Shown here piece by piece: positions 1-9,758 of a DNA stretch of 64,000 nt (the stretch's first letter is position 1; the number at the start of each line of letters is the position of its first letter). A program made the position numbers and the translations under genes. The DNA is from Prevotella sp. GTDB taxonomy: Bacteria > Bacteroidota > Bacteroidia > Bacteroidales > Dysgonomonadaceae. Location of the stretch: assembly GCA_031285625.1 (NCBI GenBank), contig JAITVV010000063.1, positions 64,001-128,000 of the forward strand. The letters run 5' to 3'. The notes under the pieces are model-generated. The model was not told where the DNA came from. It searched no databases and saw nothing but the letters and a program-made list of their open reading frames with translations.

Positions 1-78
1 AATATAAATCATATATTTCCCAATTTGTTTCATTGAAGATGAAGTCCAGAATAATTTTCCGATCATTCTTTTCTGCAT
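1..78 (-). CDS. Partial CDS (5' end only; runs off the window), hypothetical protein
   Basis: ATG at 78 reads MQKKNDRKIILDFIFNETNWEIYDLY, open to position 1; starts 12 bp after the GNAT stop, so probably the same operon. Confidence 0.5.
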   Translation of the reverse strand, partial: MQKRMIGKLFWTSSSMKQIGKYMIYI

Positions 79-90
79 AGAAATTAAAGT

Positions 91-1020
91 TCATAAATCT
101 ATTGTATAAATGTCATATACTGTGGCTCTGGCTCCGAACCCCTCTTTTTGCTGTATCAGACTTTCGTTGAGATATAATCCATTTTCTTCGGTGGAAACAC
201 CATAGTCAAAATAGCTTTTATCGGGATAGGAGTTAATTATATGATCAACCAACAAATCTGTGGCTCCTGATTCTTTCCCGTTATCAGAAGCAGCAATATA
301 TTGTACATGTGCAACTGTTTTTGTTTCAAATACGACTGAACCAGCAATTAAGTTAACCTCATCTTTCACCACATATAAATGAATATTCTCCGGAAATTTA
401 TTTTTCAGATATACGATTTCTTCCAAGGAGTGAACCGGTTGCTTATTATATCTTGTTTGTAAATTCTCACTTAATATATTCCAAAAAGCAGCAAAATCCT
501 GAGACTCTTCAATTTTCAAGTTGCTTTTTTCAGCTTTCTTTATTCCACGTTTGCGAAGTTCCGAGTATTTTAATCTTTCGGCCAGATATATTGTGGATGA
601 GATATTGCGCTCTGTTAATACTGCATTATACCTGAACAAAGCATATAAATCTTCTTCTGATGGTTGCTGATGATAGATATGCGGGACAGTTTTATATCTG
701 ATTTTTTTTATACCCTGATGACGGAATGTAACAGTCAGGTATTCAAATATAGACAATACATCTTTAGCTTTAGTATCAGCATTCATTATGAGCCCTCCAT
801 AGGTGAGCCCTTTGTGAGAATAGAAGACTTTATCTTCTATATGTCCGGGCATTATAGCTATAAGCTTCCCTTTCTCATAAAACAACAGCGAGTAGTCATT
901 AAAGCGACTTCCATGATATTCCATAAAATCCCTAAGATGAAGGAAAGTTCCATTCTTGGATTTGAGGACGAAATTATCCCATTCAGTTCTGAGTTCAGAT
1001 GTGTACAATTTAATTTCCAT
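91..1020 (-). CDS. FemAB-like GNAT-family acyltransferase (polysaccharide biosynthesis associated)
   Basis: Motifs WDNFV..SKNGTFLH.R.FMEYH, SHKGLTYGG, FDYGVSTE..G..LNESLI.QKEGFGAR. Start reassigned to ATG 1020 (MEIKLY), overlapping the upstream stop. Confidence 0.8.
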   Translation of the reverse strand: MEIKLYTSELRTEWDNFVLKSKNGTFLHLRDFMEYHGSRFNDYSLLFYEKGKLIAIMPGHIEDKVFYSHKGLTYGGLIMNADTKAKDVLSIFEYLTVTFRHQGIKKIRYKTVPHIYHQQPSEEDLYALFRYNAVLTERNISSTIYLAERLKYSELRKRGIKKAEKSNLKIEESQDFAAFWNILSENLQTRYNKQPVHSLEEIVYLKNKFPENIHLYVVKDEVNLIAGSVVFETKTVAHVQYIAASDNGKESGATDLLVDHIINSYPDKSYFDYGVSTEENGLYLNESLIQQKEGFGARATVYDIYTIDL

Positions 1021-1762
1021 GCCGACGGTATTTAATGAAGTCTGAATATGTATGGATGTAGTTATCTGCATCATATTTATCGGATGCCAAAACAAGACAA
1101 ACTACATCTTGCGAATATTCTTTCTCGACAGCCCATATACCCGGAGGAATGTGAAGTCCGCATGCCGGATCATCAAGAGTGGCCGTTTTTTTGTTTATGC
1201 CATCATCTAACTCGACATCGAAACTACCATTTGCAGCTATCAGAATCTCATGACAAAACTTATGTGCATGCATACCTCTCTTTTCGCCGGCAGGTATATC
1301 TGAAATATAAAATATCCGCTTCATACTGAAAGGAATATTCTCATTTGTCGAGATTATATTTTCACCGGATGCAGAGAGTTTGATAACAGAGCAATCGTCT
1401 ACAGAATATTCCTTCAGGAAAAGATTGGATTCTCCCCCTTTATTCGTTAGACTGAAAGATATAATTAAGTAAATAGTATCTGGCGATGTATTTTTTATAG
1501 TTCGTTGTACGTTAACTGGAATATATAGTCCCTTATTGGGTTGATCAAGCATATATTCTCTATCTTTTTCTATAGTGATATCAAGAGAACCGGAAAGAGC
1601 AATAAGCATTTCTTCTCCTAGTTTTGGGGGTTGGTTTGAAACACCACTTACCCATGAAACCTGCGATATATAAAAAGGAATATGTCGCTCTATTTCCGCA
1701 AAATAAAGATTTCCGCGCTCATCTGTAATTTTAGGTAATTCAATTATCTTTTCTCTTTCCAT
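1010..1762 (-). CDS. Tandem FdtA/WxcM-like sugar 3,4-ketoisomerase (cupin) protein
   Basis: Two FdtA-like repeats (IELPKITDERGNL..IPF; IPFSMKRIFYI..RGMHAHK..L...GLHIPPGIW); catalytic RGxHAH only in the second. Confidence 0.8.
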   Translation of the reverse strand: MEREKIIELPKITDERGNLYFAEIERHIPFYISQVSWVSGVSNQPPKLGEEMLIALSGSLDITIEKDREYMLDQPNKGLYIPVNVQRTIKNTSPDTIYLIISFSLTNKGGESNLFLKEYSVDDCSVIKLSASGENIISTNENIPFSMKRIFYISDIPAGEKRGMHAHKFCHEILIAANGSFDVELDDGINKKTATLDDPACGLHIPPGIWAVEKEYSQDVVCLVLASDKYDADNYIHTYSDFIKYRRHGN

Positions 1763-1774
1763 GGCAAGCTAGTT

Positions 1775-3049
1775 TTATCTTAACCAAGGTTCAGGATTCA
1801 TCTTATTAGTACCTTGCCACAACTGGAAGTGCATCTGAGAATAACCTGTGTCTGAGTCTGTATATACCTTACCTAAAGACTGTCCGGTTTTCACAGAATC
1901 TCCCTGCTTTACATATATAGTTTGTATATTTCCATAGAAGGTATAATAATTACCATGACGAACAATGATACAGGTGTTATAGCCTGGTATAGCTGCCACA
2001 TAGGTAACTTCACCATTAAAGACTGCTTTTGCATCAGCTCCTGCCTGAGAGCGTATATCTATACCGCTACTAGATGTGGTAACATTCCACTTGCTATGCT
2101 GATGGTTTCCAAACCGGGTAGTAATTGTATAATTTCCCGAAATAGGATAAGGGAGTTTACCCTTATTGGCTGCAAAATTATTTGATAAGACTATATTCTC
2201 AGGGCTGACAGTTGCTTTTGCAGTGCGCGTGATCGTCCTTTTCTCGCCAGATCTTGTTCTTGTCTTGCTTTTGGCAGCCTCCGCACGTGCTTTTTCTTCC
2301 GCTTTGCGTTTTGCCTCCCGTTCCTGGCGGGCAACTTCTTCTGCTATCAATTTTGCAATCTGACGATCAAGTGCTTCTGCCTGTTTTTGCTTTTGTAACA
2401 ATATCTTTTGAAGATCTTTCTGCTTGTTTTGAGCTTCGGTGACCTCTTTTTGATAATTTGTTTCTTCCTGTTTAAGCTTCTCTTGCTCACTTTCCCGGAG
2501 GCCGATTAATGTCACTTTCTCTGATCTAACCTTGGTAAGAGCTTCTTTCCTGTCTTTCAGCTTGGCGCTTTTCTCTTTTATCTCATCTGCCTGATTGCTT
2601 CTCCATTCCGAATATTCACGTAAATACCGCACCCTCCTGTATGATTCTGTTAATGATTTTCCGGATAATACAAACAGCAGCTTATTCTCACTTTGTCTGT
2701 TACGTTGCATTGCATCGATAGCCTTAGCATAACTTGCCTGTTTATCCTTTAATTCAGCTTCCAGATTTAGTACTTCTTTTTCTATTTGTTGCTGTTCTAC
2801 TGAGATTCCTGTTACTTCCTGTTCGAGAAGCCCCAGTACTTTTTGGCGTGAAAATATTTGATTTGATATCAGCTTAACCCTGTCAAGAAGGTTCTCTGTT
2901 GTTTTTTTTGTATCACGCAGCAATTGATCAGTATTCGATATTTCACGCAGGGCATCTTTCCTTTGCTTTTCCAGAGCCTTTATTTTGGCAGTTTGGGCAA
3001 AAGACGAGATACTAACAGTTAAAACAACAAAAAGAACTAATATTCTCAT
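1775..3049 (-). CDS. envC: EnvC-like murein hydrolase activator (coiled coil + degenerate M23/LytM domain)
   Basis: Signal peptide, long coiled coil, C-terminal KGKLPYP..GIDI..IIVRHG.Y.T.Y.N..V..G..V..GQ..HFQLW..NPEPW; first Zn-binding His missing (SSGID). Confidence 0.8.
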   Translation of the reverse strand: MRILVLFVVLTVSISSFAQTAKIKALEKQRKDALREISNTDQLLRDTKKTTENLLDRVKLISNQIFSRQKVLGLLEQEVTGISVEQQQIEKEVLNLEAELKDKQASYAKAIDAMQRNRQSENKLLFVLSGKSLTESYRRVRYLREYSEWRSNQADEIKEKSAKLKDRKEALTKVRSEKVTLIGLRESEQEKLKQEETNYQKEVTEAQNKQKDLQKILLQKQKQAEALDRQIAKLIAEEVARQEREAKRKAEEKARAEAAKSKTRTRSGEKRTITRTAKATVSPENIVLSNNFAANKGKLPYPISGNYTITTRFGNHQHSKWNVTTSSSGIDIRSQAGADAKAVFNGEVTYVAAIPGYNTCIIVRHGNYYTFYGNIQTIYVKQGDSVKTGQSLGKVYTDSDTGYSQMHFQLWQGTNKMNPEPWLR

Positions 3050-3901
3050 TTAGGGTAAAGATGACATAAATTGTTTCAGCGTTTTTTTACTGTAACTTGA
3101 CGAGATATTGTTATTTATTTCGAATCCTTTTTCGTTGATATTCAGCTTTGAATAAGATATTTCAATGCTACCACTCTTCTTCATTGCATCCACCTTTGCA
3201 TTCATTACAGTAGGATATACCAACTTGTTGTCAGGGTCTTTAATAAAATCATTATATATCCACTGGATGGTAACATTCTTTTCCTTATTCTTGTTCGCAT
3301 TGGAAATAACAGTAGACACAATACGATCAGAAGCATCTATCGTAAAATTATAGATCATGCTCTTTTTCCCTTTCGCCTGTAATATATAGTGATTGTCGAT
3401 TGCTGTTATATCGTAGTTGTCATAATCCGATTGAGAAACTCCTTTTTTTCCGGCAAGAAAAAGATTGTTAGTCATTAAAGCCTGTAAGTTATAATAATTA
3501 AAATCTATAACATCTTTCAGGGCACTTATATCTTCTGCTACATATTGTTTTTTCAGGCGGTTGATGGCATATATACTGTCAGGTGTAATAGTTACGCGAG
3601 CAACTTCTGTACCCAGAAACCGGACTGACACCTGCATCATACTATCCTTTACAATCTTAAAAGCAGCAGAAGCTTTTTTGCCTGAGCCATTTATTTCATA
3701 GCCAATATTTCCTTTTGCTGAAATTGTTTTAAAATCAATCTGTGCCTGTAATACATCTTTAAGAACTTCGTCTTGGGATTTTTCTACTAATGTACCCCCT
3801 CCTGAAATCACATTCTTTTTAGACTTGCAACTGCTTATAAAAAGCAAGATAAAAAGTACAGACAGAAGAGAGACTGTATTATATATTTTGAATGCTTTCA
3901 T
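3050..3901 (-). CDS. DUF4292-family lipoprotein
   Basis: Lipobox ISSC; KDS.MQVSV..LGTEVAR..ITPDS motif; usual dut-TPR-DUF4292-envC synteny in Bacteroidetes. Confidence 0.75.
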   Translation of the reverse strand: MKAFKIYNTVSLLSVLFILLFISSCKSKKNVISGGGTLVEKSQDEVLKDVLQAQIDFKTISAKGNIGYEINGSGKKASAAFKIVKDSMMQVSVRFLGTEVARVTITPDSIYAINRLKKQYVAEDISALKDVIDFNYYNLQALMTNNLFLAGKKGVSQSDYDNYDITAIDNHYILQAKGKKSMIYNFTIDASDRIVSTVISNANKNKEKNVTIQWIYNDFIKDPDNKLVYPTVMNAKVDAMKKSGSIEISYSKLNINEKGFEINNNISSSYSKKTLKQFMSSLP

Positions 3902-5664
3902 TATTCAGCAACATACGTTTTTGATTCTATTTTTTTATCAAGGGTCTTTGATTTACTATCCCCCTTTTCTTTTGCTTTTATCCAGTATTCGAGAGCCTTT
4001 TCCGGTTCATCGGTTTTATACAGGACATCACCATAATGCTCTAGGACCTCACTACTGATCTCCTCCTTCTTTTCTTCGCTATACTTTATAGCATTTTCGA
4101 TATATATTTTTGCCATGGTAAAAGCTCCCTGCTCAAACAATACCCAACCATATGTATCCAGATAGGTCGGATTGGTCGGTTCCGCTTTTACGGTCATGCT
4201 ACTCATACGTTCAGCCTTGTCCAGATCTTTCTTCGCCAGAGATAAAAAATAACTATAATTATTAAGCACCCCTACATTACCAGGATTATATTTCAGCGCT
4301 TTATCATATGTAGTAAAAGCGCTATCCAATTTCTCAAGATGATAGTATAAATCTCCTATCTGCCCATAAAAATCAGATAATAGAGCTACATTTTCTTCAT
4401 CAACATACACTACCCCTTTCTGCAAAGCATCGAGCGCATTCGTATAATCTTCCTTCATATATTCCGATACTCCCAGATAAAAGTAAAACTGGGGCTGATC
4501 GGGAATATAGGAAATAGCATCCTTACATATTTTGATCGACATATCCAGGCTATCAGGAAAAGTTGTGCTTAGCAACTGCTCCCATCCTACAGGATTTGTC
4601 GGATTTGCTTCAGCAAATATCTGATATTGAACACGCGCTTCCTCTTTTTTCGTTTGCATAGCTAAAAGATTACCATACATAAGATTTAGTTTTGGTTCCT
4701 GCGGATGCTGTATCATCAGAGAGTCAAACAAAACATTGGCAACTTGTGTATCTTGCCTGTTTTGCTGTAATGACCCTACATATTGCGCAAGAACAGCCAA
4801 TTTGGTATCTATATCCATTTTAGGGCTTACAAGTGCCAAATGAAGCTCTTCTTCTGCAGCTTCTTTATTATTTGTCTGCTCGTAGTATTCTGCAATTGAC
4901 GAAATTAGATAAGGATCCTCCGGATCAATCGCCTTGGCTTTGCTGTATACCATATAAGCCTCTTTCATTTTCCCGGCTTGCATATATAGATTTCCTAACA
5001 GTATCTGATATTTTATCTCACTTGGGTATTTATCTATATATTTCTGGATTTCCGCAAAGGCTCTGTTCTCTTGCTTCAACATAGTGTAGAGCTGATACTT
5101 CTGTATACTGATCTTCTCTACCAGACCAATGATCTGTTCCAGTTTATCAAGTGTTGAAATAGCTTTTTGCAAATCGCCATCCATTCTGTATGCCTCTGAT
5201 AAATAAATATACAGTTCCGAATTATCGGGATTGTTAGCCAGTAATTTTTCAAACTGTTCTATGGCATCACTATATTGTTTAAAATCGAGGCAAAGACTGG
5301 CATATGCCATATTAAAATAAAAATTATTACCATCATAAGCAGAAGCTTTGCGGTAGTAATCAAGCGCCTTATTTTTATTATTAAGAGAATTAAAGTAACT
5401 ACCCAATTCGTAATAAACGGTTGCGTTGGTAGAATCGATAGCCAGACAGTATTTTAGATAGTCGATAGCAGAATCATACTTATTAGCAGTCTTGGCATTC
5501 ATTGCTTCATAGAAATAGTAATCAAACTTACGCCTGTCATCCACAGAAAGATTTGCCATTGGCAGGTCTTTCGTGATTTTACTATTTGTATTTTGCTTTT
5601 GTGCAAACGATTTACCAAATGCAATTAATAAAATGAAGACAAAAAGATATATATTCTTTTGCAT
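3901..5664 (-). CDS. Tetratricopeptide repeat protein
   Basis: Signal peptide and many TPRs; C-terminal LNNYSYFL..YLDTYGWVLF..EHYGDVL motifs. Confidence 0.85.
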   Translation of the reverse strand: MQKNIYLFVFILLIAFGKSFAQKQNTNSKITKDLPMANLSVDDRRKFDYYFYEAMNAKTANKYDSAIDYLKYCLAIDSTNATVYYELGSYFNSLNNKNKALDYYRKASAYDGNNFYFNMAYASLCLDFKQYSDAIEQFEKLLANNPDNSELYIYLSEAYRMDGDLQKAISTLDKLEQIIGLVEKISIQKYQLYTMLKQENRAFAEIQKYIDKYPSEIKYQILLGNLYMQAGKMKEAYMVYSKAKAIDPEDPYLISSIAEYYEQTNNKEAAEEELHLALVSPKMDIDTKLAVLAQYVGSLQQNRQDTQVANVLFDSLMIQHPQEPKLNLMYGNLLAMQTKKEEARVQYQIFAEANPTNPVGWEQLLSTTFPDSLDMSIKICKDAISYIPDQPQFYFYLGVSEYMKEDYTNALDALQKGVVYVDEENVALLSDFYGQIGDLYYHLEKLDSAFTTYDKALKYNPGNVGVLNNYSYFLSLAKKDLDKAERMSSMTVKAEPTNPTYLDTYGWVLFEQGAFTMAKIYIENAIKYSEEKKEEISSEVLEHYGDVLYKTDEPEKALEYWIKAKEKGDSKSKTLDKKIESKTYVAE

Positions 5665-5681
5665 ATAAAGAATTCGTCAAA

Positions 5682-6116
5682 TTATTGTTTTCCGGTATGC
5701 CCAAAGCCCCCGGCTCCACGTTCTGTTTCGCTTATAGTATCAACCTCTTCCCATTCAACTTGTGAATGCTGAGCTATTATCATCTGACATATCCGTTCTC
5801 CGTCGTTTATAACAAAGTCATCGTTAGATAAGTTGACAAGAATAACACGAATTTCACCACGATAGTCGGCATCTATAGTTCCAGGAGAATTCAATACAGT
5901 TAACCCATGTTTAGCAGCAAGACCACTTCGTGGGCGCACCTGAGCTTCAAAACCCTGTGGCAACTCGAGATACAAACCAGTAGGAACCATTGCCCGCTCC
6001 AAAGGTTTCAGTGTTATAGATGTTTCTATATTTGCCCGAAGATCAACTCCTGCAGAATATGGTGTAGCATATTCAGGTAACGGATGATGTGATTTATTTA
6101 TAATTTTTACTTTCAT
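5682..6116 (-). CDS. dut: dUTP diphosphatase
   Basis: All five dUTPase motifs ([37 protein letters not shown]). Start is ATG 6116 or 6119. Confidence 0.97.
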   Translation of the reverse strand: MKVKIINKSHHPLPEYATPYSAGVDLRANIETSITLKPLERAMVPTGLYLELPQGFEAQVRPRSGLAAKHGLTVLNSPGTIDADYRGEIRVILVNLSNDDFVINDGERICQMIIAQHSQVEWEEVDTISETERGAGGFGHTGKQ

Positions 6117-6277
6117 CATTTTTATGTACAATCTGTTATAAGTTGCGAAATTAGTTAAATCTTTGCAATCTGCTTTGCTAATTGATAAAATTTAAGAATT
6201 TAATAATCAAGGAGGTTCGCTTTTCCTAAAATGATTCATGAAATAAGATGCTGTTTTGTATATTGGTCAACATTCAA

Positions 6278-6285
6278 TATCTTTG
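6278..6285 (+). promoter_or_regulatory. Bacteroidetes sigma-A -7 element for ribH
   Basis: TATCTTTG matches TAnnTTTG, 26 bp before the ribH ATG. Confidence 0.6.
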
Positions 6286-6311
6286 CGCTCTAACAAAAAT
6301 ATATAATTAAA

Positions 6312-6809
6312 ATGGCGACAGCATATCATAATTTATCATCATACGATCCGGCTAGTGTGCCTAACGGAGCAGATATGAGAATCGGAATTGTAGTTTCCGA
6401 ATGGAATGACAATATAACCCGAGCTATGCTCGACGGAGCATGTAATGTATTAAAAAAACATGGGGTTAAAGAGGAAAACATCCTTATCGATTTCGTACCA
6501 GGAAGTTTTGAACTTATTTTCGGCGCAAAACATCTTGCCGAAAACAAGGATATAGATGCTGTAATAACACTGGGCTCTGTAGTAAGGGGTGACACACCAC
6601 ATTTTGACTATGTATGCAGTGGAGTAACACAAGGTATCGCTGATATGAACATCCGTTACGATATTCCATTTATATTCGGGCTTTTAACTACTGACAACAT
6701 GCAACAAGCAGAGGAAAGGGCCGGAGGAAGACATGGTAACAAAGGCGATGAATGTGCAATAACTGCATTAAAAATGATAGATTTTTATCGAAGAAATTTG
6801 GAGGAATAA
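6312..6809 (+). CDS. ribH: 6,7-dimethyl-8-ribityllumazine synthase
   Basis: [39 protein letters not shown] motifs. Confidence 0.97.
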   Translation: MATAYHNLSSYDPASVPNGADMRIGIVVSEWNDNITRAMLDGACNVLKKHGVKEENILIDFVPGSFELIFGAKHLAENKDIDAVITLGSVVRGDTPHFDYVCSGVTQGIADMNIRYDIPFIFGLLTTDNMQQAEERAGGRHGNKGDECAITALKMIDFYRRNLEE

Positions 6810-6827
6810 ATAAAAGTATTACCTTTG
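6797..6827 (+). promoter_or_regulatory. Canonical Bacteroidetes promoter for the tRNA pair
   Basis: TTTG (6797-6800), 19-bp spacer, TACCTTTG (6820-6827). Confidence 0.7.
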
Positions 6828-6846
6828 CATTCGCAAAAGAATAATA

Positions 6847-6929
6847 GGGCAGTTACCAGAGTGGCCAAATGGGGTTGACTGTAACTCAACTAGCTTACGC
6901 TTACGGTGGTTCGAATCCATCACTGCCCA
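6847..6929 (+). tRNA. tRNA-Tyr (GTA)
   Basis: Acceptor stem GGGCAGT/ACTGCCC, anticodon arm GTTGA-CTGTAAC-TCAAC, long variable arm, GGTTCGAATCC T-arm; CCA not encoded. Confidence 0.95.
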
Positions 6930-6940
6930 CTTTATACTTT

Positions 6941-7013
6941 GCGGAAGTAGCTCAGTTGATAGAGCATTAGCCTTCCAAGCTGAGGGTCGCGGGTTTGAGC
7001 CCCGTCTTCCGCT
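6941..7013 (+). tRNA. tRNA-Gly (TCC)
   Basis: Acceptor GCGGAAG/CTTCCGC, discriminator U, anticodon loop CT-TCC-AA; A19/T56 instead of G19/C56. Confidence 0.93.
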
Positions 7014-7021
7014 CTGATAAT

Positions 7022-7054
7022 AGGACGATTACTGAATAAGTGATCGTCTTTTTT
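7022..7054 (+). terminator. Intrinsic terminator after the tRNA pair
   Basis: GGACGATTAC-loop-GTGATCGTCT followed by a T-run. Confidence 0.75.
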
Positions 7055-7137
7055 GTATTTTATCGAATAAAAGGCCATCTCTTTACTGGTTATATAAGAA
7101 ATTCCTAACTTTGAAGCCTGAACTCATATTAATATTT

Positions 7138-7572
7138 ATGGAAGAAAGAAAATATAAGCATTCGATGCCACTTCAAATACGCTTCAATGATGTGGATAAG
7201 TTCGGACATGTCAACAATGCGGTTTACATGAATTTTTACGATACAGCAAAGACAAATTATATTAGTACTGTATGCCCAAATGTAGACTGGGAAAAAGATG
7301 CCATTATCGTTGTTTACATTGAGGTGTTTTTTAAAGCACAGATATATAGTACCGATAATATTAATGTACAAACAGCTGTTACCGGTATTGGGACAAAAAG
7401 TTTCGACCTTAATCAACAAGTTATCGATACTAAAACAAATGAAGTAAAATGTATTTGTCGCTCAACCATGGTGACATATGACTTAAACGAACGGGCAACA
7501 AAACCATTAAAAGACGAATGGATAAAGGCTATTTGCGATTTTGAAGGTAAAGACCTAAGAAAGAAAAAGTAA
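7138..7572 (+). CDS. Acyl-CoA thioesterase (4HBT/YbgC hot-dog fold)
   Basis: QIRFNDVDKFGHVNNAVY motif; start reassigned to ATG 7138. Confidence 0.9.
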   Translation: MEERKYKHSMPLQIRFNDVDKFGHVNNAVYMNFYDTAKTNYISTVCPNVDWEKDAIIVVYIEVFFKAQIYSTDNINVQTAVTGIGTKSFDLNQQVIDTKTNEVKCICRSTMVTYDLNERATKPLKDEWIKAICDFEGKDLRKKK

Positions 7573-7585
7573 TAACAGAATATAT

Positions 7586-7613
7586 AGGACGACTACAAAA
7601 TAGTCGTCTTTTT
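7586..7613 (+). terminator. Intrinsic terminator after the thioesterase
   Basis: GGACGACTA-CAAAA-TAGTCGTCT plus T-run. Confidence 0.75.
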
Positions 7614-7719
7614 CTTATAGGTTAGTCAATACTAAATCTCTACAGATTCAATTCTTACATTCGTTCTCGATTTAATATCGTAAATTTGTGTTTCTTAATC
7701 AAATAAAAGCTTATCTAAG

Positions 7720-8400
7720 ATGAATCTCTTAATCGTAGAAGACGAAATTGACTTGCAGGAATCTATCAAAGAATTTATGCAGTCGGAATCATTTACTGTA
7801 GAAGCTGTGTCATCTTTTCAGATGGCTGAAGAAAAAATCGACCTGCACAACTATGATTGTGTTATTGTAGATATAAATTTACCTGGTGGAAGCGGACTGG
7901 ATATTATTCGTAAACTAAAGATTAAAGATAAAGATGCCGGAGTAATTATTATTTCAGCTAAAAACTCTTTAGATGATAAACTTACAGGCTTAGATATAGG
8001 AGCTGATGACTACCTCACAAAACCTTTTCATCTATCAGAGCTCAATGCCCGTATAAAATCCATAATACGGCGTAGGGGATTAAAAGGAACAAACATTAAG
8101 AAGTTCAATGAATTGGCAATCGAATTTGATAATCGCAGGTTATTCATCAATGACAAAGAAATAGTATTGACCCGGAAAGAATTTGATCTTCTCTTGTATT
8201 TTGTAATGAATGAAAATAGAGTGTTAAGTAAAGAGGATATCGCAGAACATTTATGGGGAGATAATATGAGCATAACTGCCGACTCTTTCGATTTTATATA
8301 CAATCATATAAAAAATCTAAGAAAAAAACTGGTAGATAACGGCAGCATTGATTATATAGAAAGTATATACGGCATAGGATACAAATTTTCAGAAAAATGA
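7720..8400 (+). CDS. OmpR-family response regulator
   Basis: Receiver (LIVEDE, VDINLPG, GADDYLTKPF) plus winged helix (LTRKEFDLL..HIKNLRKK..IESIYGIGYK). Confidence 0.95.
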   Translation: MNLLIVEDEIDLQESIKEFMQSESFTVEAVSSFQMAEEKIDLHNYDCVIVDINLPGGSGLDIIRKLKIKDKDAGVIIISAKNSLDDKLTGLDIGADDYLTKPFHLSELNARIKSIIRRRGLKGTNIKKFNELAIEFDNRRLFINDKEIVLTRKEFDLLLYFVMNENRVLSKEDIAEHLWGDNMSITADSFDFIYNHIKNLRKKLVDNGSIDYIESIYGIGYKFSEK

Positions 8401-9674
8401 GCCTCATCAAATTAATACGAAAATATCTTATTATTTCTATCATTGTAGTACTCCTCATAGGATGTATTTCTCACTTTCTTATATTTAGATTTTTCATCCA
8501 TTATTCCAACGATCAGATGCTTCTGGATCAAAAAGCAAGGTTGGAAAATTATATTGCCGAAAATGATACTTTACCTTTGGCTGCTACCCTTGTACTGAAG
8601 CCTGCCCGAATAGAAGAATATGCAATAGAAGACATAGATGTATCACACAAAAATGTATTTAAAGACACTATAATGTATAGTGAAGAAACAGGTACATTTA
8701 CCCCATATCGCCAACTCCATTTCACGGTCTCTTATGGAAACAAATATCATTTGATCAATATAAATCAGCCGACAATGATATCCAATGACCTGTTTTATGC
8801 CATTGTTTCCTCTCTTTTACTGTTATTAGTTCTATTCATACTTTTCACCTATGTTATTGAACACCTGCTGAAAAAAAATATCTGGCAACCGTTGAATTAT
8901 AATCTGCAGAAACTACACGAATATGACCTAAAAGCTAATACTATATTGGAATTGAGAAATCCAAACATAAAAGAGTTTGATGAAATAAATGAGGTTATTC
9001 TACGTATGGTAGATAAGATAAATAAAGATTATGAGAATTCACGCTTATTCACAGAGGATGCTTCTCACGAAATGCAAACACCTCTATCTATAATAAAGTC
9101 CAAACTTGATTTACTGGTTCAAAACTCACAATTGATGCGAGATCAGGAGAATGAGAGATCCATTAAAGCCATATCCAGGGCCGTATCCCGGCTTTCTAAG
9201 TTAAACAAATCCCTCTTGTTAATTACCAAGATAAACAATGACCAGTATGAAAAGAGGGAAGATATTCATCTAGACGAGTTGCTAAAACTTTATTTAACAG
9301 ATCTGGAAGAATTATTCGAGGCAAAAAATCTTACACTAACGGCAGATATTCAGCCCTGTCTTTTACATATCGACTCTGCATTAGCCAATATATTAGTGTC
9401 AAATCTTCTTAGCAATTCAGTACGTCACAATCTGGCTAATGGAAGAATAAATATATATTTAGATTCATCCAGATTACAAATATCAAACACATGTAATAGC
9501 GAGCTCAAAGGTTCAGCCGATTTATTTAACAGGATGACTTTTCATAATAGATCAGAAAACTCTTTAGGTTTAGGGCTCAATATTGTAAAATCCATTTGTG
9601 ATAAAAATGAATTTAAAATAGAATATGACTATCCGGAGAAAGATATTTTCTGTATCTCGATTGAATTCAAATAA
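8397..9674 (+). CDS. Sensor histidine kinase
   Basis: Two TM helices, H-box DASHEMQTPL, N-box NLLSNSVRHN, GLGLNIV; ATGA overlap with the regulator. Confidence 0.93.
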   Translation: MSLIKLIRKYLIISIIVVLLIGCISHFLIFRFFIHYSNDQMLLDQKARLENYIAENDTLPLAATLVLKPARIEEYAIEDIDVSHKNVFKDTIMYSEETGTFTPYRQLHFTVSYGNKYHLININQPTMISNDLFYAIVSSLLLLLVLFILFTYVIEHLLKKNIWQPLNYNLQKLHEYDLKANTILELRNPNIKEFDEINEVILRMVDKINKDYENSRLFTEDASHEMQTPLSIIKSKLDLLVQNSQLMRDQENERSIKAISRAVSRLSKLNKSLLLITKINNDQYEKREDIHLDELLKLYLTDLEELFEAKNLTLTADIQPCLLHIDSALANILVSNLLSNSVRHNLANGRINIYLDSSRLQISNTCNSELKGSADLFNRMTFHNRSENSLGLGLNIVKSICDKNEFKIEYDYPEKDIFCISIEFK

Positions 9675-9758
9675 TCATAGTACAGATTTTCTACAACTTT
9701 ACATCCTATATTTACAACAATATCCATATAGATTCAATAATTCCAGAGATCAGATTAC

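Noticed and set aside
7022-7613. Near-identical hairpins (TAGGACGA.TAC...TCGTCTTTTT) flanking the thioesterase gene as possible mobile-element ends
   Set aside because: Both are well-formed intrinsic terminators right after genes; no transposase or target duplication.
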